Below are positions 21,001 to 26,304 of a stretch of DNA of 64,000 nt, in pieces. This DNA comes from an uncultured Gammaproteobacteria bacterium (GTDB lineage Bacteria; Patescibacteriota; Patescibacteriia; UBA9934). The position numbers were made by a program, and so were the translations under genes. Below the pieces are notes generated by a model. That model saw only the letters and a list, made by a program, of their open reading frames with translations. It did not search any database and was not told where the DNA came from. The stretch is taken from the NCBI GenBank assembly GCA_964355955.1, contig CAYHFQ010000004.1, forward strand, positions 1,162 to 65,161, written 5' to 3'. The stretch's first letter is position 1. Each line of letters begins with the position of its first letter.

Positions 21001-21562
21001 AAGAGTGATTGTTGATTGGGGTGACAATAAGCAGTCGGGTGCGGTTGATGGGGGTAACTTCTACAAGAACCATCGTGGGTATCAGGACGGTACGACGACG
21101 AGTATCTGTGATACGGATCCGAATGAGAGTACCTACGAGTGGGGCATGAATGGTGATAGTTGCGACCCTAACTACTTCAGCTATAACCATAACTACACTT
21201 GTAACGACTCCCTGATCTTGGGCATGGACGCTTGTGTCGACGCTAACACGGACGGCATTAACGACGTGTCGCCGTGTATGGCGGTGACGGACGAAGGCAG
21301 CTTCTGTGTCTTTACGCCGAAGGTACATGTACGTGATAACTGGGGTTGGTGTACGGGTAGCTGTGTTGATGCAAGCACGGACTCTATAATCAATCATGAG
21401 GCTGATGCATCAAATAACGGAGGAGCTGGTTGCTTTGACAGCGTTGGTACAATATCCGCAACTTCAATTCAGAGTGAATGTAATTATGAAAGCTATCCGC
21501 TTAATGCATCGAATAATGATCCTTGGGTGCATTATCAGGGAGCGGTATATGTGAAGCCATAA
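12086..21562 (+). CDS. Giant (3158 aa) secreted Cys-rich surface protein with two CBM4/9-like domains and a C-terminal PKD/Ig-like domain
   Basis: Signal peptide ending ALA; dense Cys spacing; NLIPNSSFETD..GLPDNW...YTLSYYAR...WMDEIQLE and GKTYTLSFWAKG...FYLDNVVLRE; C-terminal RVIVDWGD...PKVHVRDNWGWC. Confidence 0.8.
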   Translation: MKVRGFKRLSIVALLALLVLPTLFLTVKPALAIPTESPDLVASDNANAIRLQSQKKAENLAKKSLSGILFSGLINLMQFAADKAAYTMATALVSGGAAGDPLVEFRTPGVLARDYFQSVGGELVGLVSEDLQTTKIGGVAYFANFNLCAPSSPAVLLSLKLGIKSMFEEPLPKCEWNAIKTNWAGFIADNANTFVGEDSILKNDAVLTQLASAFDPQTNEFSASISLFNKVLYQAKGKSDTALINLIVKGPTKDILDVVTGNVKTASQTIDWYRISQNDHIENQKYDFGKMLISNSAAFEQVGLHAASMFANTLVTSGLQALLSGQFKTNANTVDPFNAGLVALMDKETEQARLKSLYTSVPFEVTNYDALSDYANCPNSGNRGLYNCVMDTSFASAVASAAADNALTVQGAVDQGLVNGDWALIPSSDKSRDQDPYCYTYGYCYSNLVKLRKARIIPDGWEMAADSIYNSESSPVTLQTVMDGFDDCNAAGQPDESHNWCKLIDPNWILKYPDTTCKNLAYGELLESSTDATRQQNCVDAPSCISTDADGNCTGGYGYCVRESNVWQFRGDSCPDYASSCLSFTTSEGAKANYLTNTVDYGSCNADNAGCTWYATDKTVQDDGTYAWPTVTSVAEADIATDTYKTRIYYNDNVETCDASAAGCNKLVERGSDVGLNLIPNSSFETDADVNGLPDNWLSTNATAVTYDDSGVALNGDWVIGSNLGGLLYQSGIVLQQGSFYTLSYYARLMDSSDGEETANMLISLNADNGEVIDLRGTSMSTSCNIYVDGSSVTQPEVLQLSGYTTTTDYQRYTCTFTAPILTDRSATVRAYVDVGDGVNVADVWMDEIQLEQSETVTAWHDGYSTASPTFVYANVPPTYLGCTGADTDAAECADYSTVCQEQDVGCTEYTPANGDPAVFGVVSSLDTCPATCDGYDSYKQEATLYEPDGDFPVYFIPSSATTCSAADAGCDEFTKLSDESLGYFTYLRACLTPEQDAGSTYYTWEGSDATGYQLVTWKLLESDLGDSASSTYTASSNVETNVGKAPCTMWETSATGMTCDDNADGDTGEHFDTDTETCDQHDDIFADPDCREFYDTAGDIHYRLWSKTVTVNEACASYRKTDLVGLGLDSNGDLVDDGDANCTNSGGFFDDTLNECTYYGYSDESNTCAAAANGCRDYTGGRSANSRVAFTDTLETGDYTSWDSTSTANVTYSNESVATDGHSLSSLGQTVWTFMGGDGTVCVDEAGCDETAVALGGTCTVGLDGGYCGTLQDELYAGKTYTLSFWAKGTGTLTAGFNVDAVTSGINLNTASGAGRDATFGTATLSASDWQEYSLGPLNMTADDYADFGNGTVLAFIPDSSSSRFYLDNVVLREGEDSIDVIKGSWTTPTECDATPEGTAFPQYYLGCQQYTSQTGETSYEKSFSSLCSEKKVGCSAYYSTAQTDSAYGQVYGLTCSTLDGAIVGAATNCYYGVIDEDSADTVDPVYDTTSAFMCTIGVGFSSCSANMDWSIPADQLLSHLSYGPSAHVVPADAPLYLIVGDTNSCQSADAGCEEVGLPTFSPDHTAVTASTSTYLLNSPADYDTTLCSQDDLFCQAWDAGDKGEYYFKDPGNQSCEYRTGVTVNNTSYDGWFRTGTDNFCYGSGTCVTTDGSVGASCTTDAECGTGVSCNITSGSYLVGGDQSGIWHNGDPSYNNWVGTCDAGDSTCSEFQDLLQIPDGHLYGESDGTSYFFLDNSSLDESGLTTNEQCNGLVSQKAGCVLFNNTAVTAQTYNASASYVASLHADTLFGDKPNDLENPISCTDAVTSTITTPAGDSVDLCASRCAYGSYALHDANNGSTDVSDTSVGGYYAGRSAAQMASVNGLAALGLTATDLYTFGASCLSDSDCPAMTSDLGDEVDGTCGTTVITISESFYSTEVSEIVPRLEDDSNRVLKVDRDRQCSEWLSCADSQQVWDARTGTYRTICGDIDLCNAYSGTGDASFCSSWVQDDVATALDVTRYTSRDTSWYGHEYSGYAIPDLLPVQMLSQVNITPPPGYCNLPMSAGPAVRSEYQGDTCSVDADCSNQATAFPTIYHGSCSQATAADYRLVFDAGSCDESYGASCTVGYCSDTAAACSSNDQCGSNSCVIGTCYTVGSTDCVTDSDCSSGDTCLAEGKCATDNGQLDVGASCDTGETLYADLNDKTGTCINASCLLTAEGQPVDTGLTEAKDCRAYPESSSPFDNEVVSMWVNPDMSEEPNGNDSKQPFADVASKLDIAPDMVPYSFITGFDNANVCVGGVDCSCSYKKITYGTGSTTSYVSADPAVSIINQSLGICSGGGFDGAACAKSDEDTGVISEAMCERGCTSTDCSDGIAVTSDGNDSDGHSTTLNNSGDVKGGGTCNYPTQEDTILGLDGYCLERDTSINVNGNRDDAHRACLTWLPVDQLAGSTDLYGKDLSAGYFAHASVCSNVSIFMDLGPTLVPELNATVGTEGTPGGQMVACAESKITDRTESSSTEFDGTVDDVFSDDTMSNCGHNLVCPAGYWALIGQPSWADGAISINSQVIANACMGVDSAEYNDCPYVCIPLGAVEPTSGMSCDYGGAYTNEVLANTPNGVSVLDTVNDRLPDNVYAIGSQPSGRAETDSLYGYQNFDYVASSLKLCRVRGVEYTDAFAMSVFALPETTDYYRNLVAGQAVTGVDIYTFDENDLNVEYYPACAEVLNVVDSATDIGYPFTDRILNDSQNYMISDDTYSNMQYERTTTPEPFGVITTDLSARDNSDPPIIAASCADLADASDVYRNFDTIVPPLGDSLNSCDSLIDYSDKVAESYPGNALARAWVSFTLSIQKVTHGTFSVKTSMWSVLPSVGAAEEAFTRISKIFAKADIGTDDNLSTWVGEWSSDGGDALGYQTAATTSDDGYDVYDVRGAEGNPPKVWALSNSTCDGTQCEEGDEGALTLNDQNSGDLEGTGGFYRAYLKFYAAADKNQLPIRRVIVDWGDNKQSGAVDGGNFYKNHRGYQDGTTTSICDTDPNESTYEWGMNGDSCDPNYFSYNHNYTCNDSLILGMDACVDANTDGINDVSPCMAVTDEGSFCVFTPKVHVRDNWGWCTGSCVDASTDSIINHEADASNNGGAGCFDSVGTISATSIQSECNYESYPLNASNNDPWVHYQGAVYVKP

Positions 21563-21566
21563 AAGA

Positions 21567-21596
21567 GAAAAGAGCGGGCGCTGGCTCGCTCTTTTC
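21567..21596 (+). terminator. Rho-independent (likely bidirectional) terminator
   Basis: GAAAAGAGCGGGC-GCTG-GCTCGCTCTTTTC between convergent genes. Confidence 0.75.
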
Positions 21597-21668
21597 GTTG
21601 GAATAGGAAAACCCCCACTCGCTCTCCACGAATGGGGGTCTACTCCTGGTCTTGTTCAGGAAGACATA

Positions 21669-22472
21669 CTACTGGCAGGTGACACTCTCGCCAGCACTGG
21701 TGGTGAACGACACGATGCCGTTTTTCTGGTCGATGCTCGAGGCAGTGATGGTGCGTTCGGAGTCACCACCGAACTTCAGTGATTCTCCATCAATCTCGAT
21801 CCAAAGTCCGGTGCTGTCGGTCACGCCGATCATGTCCAGTTTGTACCCGTACTGCACGGCCAGATCGCTCTGGTCGAAGTCGTCGGTGTAGCTGTTCAGG
21901 ACGTAGTGGCACGTCACAGCCCCCAGGTCGAACCAGAGGTTCAGGTTGGCCGTGAGCGTCATCACGCCGTCGGGGACGGGGTAGCTGGACAGGGCTGCCT
22001 CGGGCTCGGTGTCCGACGGATCGTAGGTCGGGCTGTAAATGTCCAGCACGTCCAGAACGTCGTCGAAGTAGAGCTGCCTCGGCATGGTGGCCCAGAGACC
22101 GGCCTCGTCCTCGAACTTGGGCGTGACTTCACCTTCCACGAGGTTGTTCGCATCGCCGGCGGTGAGCCAGGTCAGCTTGTTCGCCTCGAGGGTAAGCACG
22201 GCGTTGGCCAGGCTGCCGTCACCGGACTTGGCAGACTGGTCGCCCAGGTGCGTGTCGATGACGTCGCCGAGCTGGGTACCGAGCTCGCTGATGAGGTACG
22301 CCAACTGCATGGTTGCGGGTGGATCTGCGGTGTCCGTGTCGCTGTCGCAGTTGCTCGTGCAGTCCGTGCTGTCCTGGTTGTTGCTGTCGTTGGGGTCAAC
22401 GCAGCCGACGAGGGCGAGCAGGGCGGTGAGGGTGAAGAGTGCGGACAGGGTGGGGGTGAGGGTCTTGGTCAT
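21669..22472 (-). CDS. Putative lipoprotein with Asp/Thr/Ser linker, atypical GC3-rich codon usage
   Basis: MTKTLTP...LLALVG-C lipobox, then DSTDCTSNCDSDTDTAD; GGAGA SD upstream of ATG 22472. Confidence 0.7.
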   Translation of the reverse strand: MTKTLTPTLSALFTLTALLALVGCVDPNDSNNQDSTDCTSNCDSDTDTADPPATMQLAYLISELGTQLGDVIDTHLGDQSAKSGDGSLANAVLTLEANKLTWLTAGDANNLVEGEVTPKFEDEAGLWATMPRQLYFDDVLDVLDIYSPTYDPSDTEPEAALSSYPVPDGVMTLTANLNLWFDLGAVTCHYVLNSYTDDFDQSDLAVQYGYKLDMIGVTDSTGLWIEIDGESLKFGGDSERTITASSIDQKNGIVSFTTSAGESVTCQ

Positions 22473-22677
22473 GTGATCTCCGGCCAGGTTGTCTGGCTGT
22501 TGGTTGGAAATAACGAGGGAATCTCGTGCGCTAACCGTAGCCCAAAAATGGCTTTTTGTCAATGGTGTGGATAAGATTTTTGGATGGTTGCCAATTAAAA
22601 AATGGCTAATTTGAGAGAAGAATGTTAATTACGAATGTCTTTATTAATTTGTCTAAATAATGAATAAATTTTAAATA

Positions 22678-23370
22678 TTAATGAAACAAAGCGGTTCTGC
22701 GCTGACTCTCCGGCAATTCGCGCTGTGCGTCTTTGACGATGTCACCGTAATCGCGAAGTTCAAGCTGGTCTTTTGGCAGTTGTAATAGGGCAATCATGTA
22801 GTCGAGTTCTTCTGGGGTGCGCGTTTCTATTTCCAAGTAGGTGCCGATGTCTTTGGGAAAGGTATCGAAGGTGACGTGATTAGTGCCTTTTGAATATTGA
22901 GTCCGTTTCTTTTCAATAAAAATTCTTAGAGCAGGGAAGCTAATAATACCGAGGAACGATTGGAGCTGACGCAAATCCTGGAATGAATGAATTGTTTCTG
23001 GCAGTGTGTGTTTAGTAGTTTGCTCAAGAATCGTATTGATCGCCTTAAATATATCGTAATTTATGTTAGAAAAGTAATATTCTAATTCTCGAGCATCTTG
23101 AAAACCTTTTTTATTGGTTTTGCCAATTTTAAGTGAGAGTAAAATGTCGTCCTTGGTTTCGTTTCTGACTTGTCTAAACCTGAGCAATAGATTATTTTGG
23201 CGGCAGAGAAAATCTTCTGTGTCGGGGAGGAAGTCAGTTTCTAATTGTTCTGGAGCGGCGATGAAATGATTGTTGAGTAGGATGGATTGGAATTTTAGAA
23301 GTGTTTCTTGTCCGTAAAGAGCGAATTTGACCTCGCACTCTCTAATTCCTACGGTTTTAGCAATTGGCAT
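22678..23370 (-). CDS. CYTH domain protein (class IV adenylate cyclase / triphosphate tunnel metalloenzyme)
   Basis: ExExK (ECEVKF), LRFRQ, EKKRT, FD..P.IG.YLEIE; AT-rich. Confidence 0.8.
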   Translation of the reverse strand: MPIAKTVGIRECEVKFALYGQETLLKFQSILLNNHFIAAPEQLETDFLPDTEDFLCRQNNLLLRFRQVRNETKDDILLSLKIGKTNKKGFQDARELEYYFSNINYDIFKAINTILEQTTKHTLPETIHSFQDLRQLQSFLGIISFPALRIFIEKKRTQYSKGTNHVTFDTFPKDIGTYLEIETRTPEELDYMIALLQLPKDQLELRDYGDIVKDAQRELPESQRRTALFH

Positions 23371-23391
23371 ATATCTCTATACTAGCATAGA

Positions 23392-23967
23392 ATGGTGAAT
23401 AATAAAGGGAAAATGTTAATATTACGTATGGATATTTTAAAGGAGATTAGTGGTCGTGTTAAGGAGCAATTCGCCAAAGAATACGCCTGTCATTTGGTAT
23501 TCGTTCATAAAGTCGCCGTAGAATTGCAGCAGCGCTATGGTGGAGATTTAGAGGTAATTGAGATTGCAGCGATGGCGCACGATATTGGTAGAGTAGAGGA
23601 TGGTGATAATTCCATGCATCCAGAGATTGGGGCGACCAAGATTATTCCGTGGTTGCAGGAGTTTGCTTATGAGAATGAAGAGGCCAAGTCGTTGATTGCC
23701 CGCTGTATTTTAATGCACAATAAGGTCGACGGCTTTCAAGGAATAGAAGAGGAGATAATCAGTAATGCGGATGGTTTGTCGAAGCTGTTGTATCACGACA
23801 TGTTCATGTTGATGTGCAGGAAGGATAATTACCTCGATAAGGCTAAGTGGGGACTCAAGTATATCGAGAAGGGTTATAGTAAGTTGACGCTGCCTGGATT
23901 GAGGGAGGAATATAAAGGGTTGTATGAGGGTTTGAAAGGGAGGTATGAGGGTGTGTTGAAAGTTTAG
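23392..23967 (+). CDS. HD domain phosphohydrolase
   Basis: H...AAMAHDIGR...HPEIGA...ILMHN...NADGL; exact start uncertain. Confidence 0.82.
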   Translation: MVNNKGKMLILRMDILKEISGRVKEQFAKEYACHLVFVHKVAVELQQRYGGDLEVIEIAAMAHDIGRVEDGDNSMHPEIGATKIIPWLQEFAYENEEAKSLIARCILMHNKVDGFQGIEEEIISNADGLSKLLYHDMFMLMCRKDNYLDKAKWGLKYIEKGYSKLTLPGLREEYKGLYEGLKGRYEGVLKV

Positions 23968-24431
23968 AGTCAAAACTTATCCCCCGACTTTGCCGACAGC
24001 CGCCGACACGAGAAGTGTAGTATAAACTCGCAGAAAAGTGGCAGTACGTAAAACCTGTCGGTGGGCGTCGACAAGAAATGGCCAGGATGGGCCATTTTTT
24101 GTTTGAGGGAGAATTTTAGTCGAGCTATAGTTTAAGCACGACGTCGACAGAAGGAGACAGCCTACTATCACAAACGTTTGGTAAAAGTCGTGAACATCTA
24201 AATTAGGTAGATGCGAGCGGCACGGTAGCAAAGCGTTGTCATGGTCGGAATGTCTCGGGCCTAGAGAAGACAACTGGGGAGTAGTTTTTCCCTAGGCCTC
24301 GTCGCTTCTGTAAATTTGGTTAATCGAAGAGGTAACACCGCCCTAAGGCTGTTCCGTGAAAGTCATGGACACTCCTAAAGCCAAAGGGATGTGTTGACCA
24401 ATTCCGGTTGACCATCTCAGTGGAGAGTATC

Positions 24432-26183
24432 ATGCGTTCCTTGTATTTCCTGTTCGGTGTTTCGATCTCGCTCGCGTTGATGGCGGCCATGAGCGGCTGC
24501 TGTGGCCCGTTCTGTATGGTCGAGCGTGACGTCAGCCAGGTTGGCGGCGAAGATGCGGTGACTGTCGACATGCCTTTTGCCATGGGCTACCAGAGCCGGT
24601 GCGTGCAGGGCGTCGATGGCAGCTACTCACATCACTCCAACTCCACCTACTTCGACGTGGACTTTGACACGCCGAATGGGGAGGACGACATCGTCTATGC
24701 TCCGGTGAGCGGGACGGCCTACGTGCACGAGAGTGACCCAACGCGCAACTTTGGCAACCACATCAACCTCGACATGAACGACGGGACCTACCTGGTGCTT
24801 GGGCACATGGAGGACATCTTCGTCAGTGACGGGAGTGAGGTGGCGGCCGGGCAGATCCTCGGTTTCGAGGGCACGACCGGCTACAGCACTGGCGATCACG
24901 TCCACATGGGGCGACACGACGGTGATGCGACGCAGGACGCGGTGCGCGGGACGTCGATTGAGGGGCTGGAGTTCAGCCTGTATGACGCGACGACGCGGCA
25001 AACGCTGACCGAGTCGACGGGCGACATGACTTGCGACTTGTCGAGCGGCCACGTCTACCAGTCCACCCTGCCAGTCAACCGCTGGCACCCGGACGGTAGC
25101 TTGGTCAAAACGCCGAGCGACGCCCAGGTGTACCTGGTGGAGAGCGGGCAATTGCGCTACATCAGCGATGAAACCGCGTTCTGGAGCCGTAACTACAGCT
25201 TCAGCGACGTGGCGCTCATCGACACCGACGAAGAAGCCTGCTACGGCCTGGGCAGCGACATCAGCGGCAGTAGCGAAGTGCAGGCCGTGTACCAGTCGGG
25301 CGTGGTCTGGCTACTGCTCGAGACGCCGAGTACCAGCAATCGGCAACGGTTGCGGGTCAAGAGCACGGGCTGGCAAGCGGTGTTGAAGAGCTGGGGCGTG
25401 GTGGCCAGTACCTACGACGACCTGGCGACCAAGCCGATGGACGGCAATCTGACCGACTGGCCAGACAGCGGATACGCTTTGTTCCGCGACGGTAGCCTCA
25501 TCTCGGAAGTCTCGAGCAGCGCGGTCTACGTCGTGAGCGACGGGATTGCTATGCCAATCGAGAGCTGGGATACGTACCTGCTCATGGGCTTCGGTTCACG
25601 GGCGGTCAGCGAGGTGGACAATGGCACAGTGGCCAGCGTCATGAGCCGTGTCGGGGACTGCAACACCAACACCTACTGCGTCAGCCATGAGGACGCGACG
25701 ACCTGTGGCGGACCCTCCGGCAGCGAAGGGGCGTACGACAGCGGCGGTGAAGGTGGCGCGCCGGATACGGGGCAACTCGACACGGGCTATGTGCCACAAC
25801 AGACGGACACGGGCAGCGAGGCGGCGAACCAGAGCCTGAGCGTGAGCTGGTCAACGCCCAGCTTGGCCACGGCCAGCCGCATTGCCCTCTCTGGCGAGTA
25901 TTCGTCAGGTGGGGCAGCGCAAGGCTGGCAGAACTACGGAGAGGTGAGCAATGCGAGCAACCTGACGCAGGTGTTCGTGAACGCGGCACCAGGCGACAGT
26001 CTGCGCTTCTCCGTGGAATACACCATCGGCGGCAACACCAGCTGGTCGTGTTTGGCGCCATTCCCGCCGGGCACCGTACAAGGCAGCCCGAGTGCAGTGT
26101 GGAACGGGCAAGCACTCCCCGTGGTGGCGACGGACGACCCGAGCAGCGATGGCTGTGGGCTGACGGTGACCGTGCCGAACTAG
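24432..26183 (+). CDS. Secreted/lipoprotein M23 family metallopeptidase with duplicated surface repeats
   Basis: HH..YFDVDF, YAPVSG, FGNHI, GHM, GTTGYSTGDHVH; repeats HPDGSLVK..VYLV and FRDGSLI..VYVV; GGAGAG SD; GC3-rich. Confidence 0.82.
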   Translation: MRSLYFLFGVSISLALMAAMSGCCGPFCMVERDVSQVGGEDAVTVDMPFAMGYQSRCVQGVDGSYSHHSNSTYFDVDFDTPNGEDDIVYAPVSGTAYVHESDPTRNFGNHINLDMNDGTYLVLGHMEDIFVSDGSEVAAGQILGFEGTTGYSTGDHVHMGRHDGDATQDAVRGTSIEGLEFSLYDATTRQTLTESTGDMTCDLSSGHVYQSTLPVNRWHPDGSLVKTPSDAQVYLVESGQLRYISDETAFWSRNYSFSDVALIDTDEEACYGLGSDISGSSEVQAVYQSGVVWLLLETPSTSNRQRLRVKSTGWQAVLKSWGVVASTYDDLATKPMDGNLTDWPDSGYALFRDGSLISEVSSSAVYVVSDGIAMPIESWDTYLLMGFGSRAVSEVDNGTVASVMSRVGDCNTNTYCVSHEDATTCGGPSGSEGAYDSGGEGGAPDTGQLDTGYVPQQTDTGSEAANQSLSVSWSTPSLATASRIALSGEYSSGGAAQGWQNYGEVSNASNLTQVFVNAAPGDSLRFSVEYTIGGNTSWSCLAPFPPGTVQGSPSAVWNGQALPVVATDDPSSDGCGLTVTVPN

Positions 26184-26304
26184 AATTCGGCAACAAGTTT
26201 CTTCTCGATGACGTTCGTTTCCGCTCCTGGGACGAACGTCATTTTCTTTGCTGTGCAAAACCTACGGCGCAGAGTTGAGGGGTGTGATATACTTCTTACT
26301 AACT

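Noticed and set aside
12086-21562. Diversity-generating retroelement target in the giant gene
   Set aside because: No reverse transcriptase and no TR/VR pair differing at adenines was seen in the window.
21906-22574. 222-aa + strand ORF and other overlapping ORFs in the GC-rich genes
   Set aside because: Antisense shadows of GC3-rich genes; the minus-strand lipoprotein has an SD and a lipobox.
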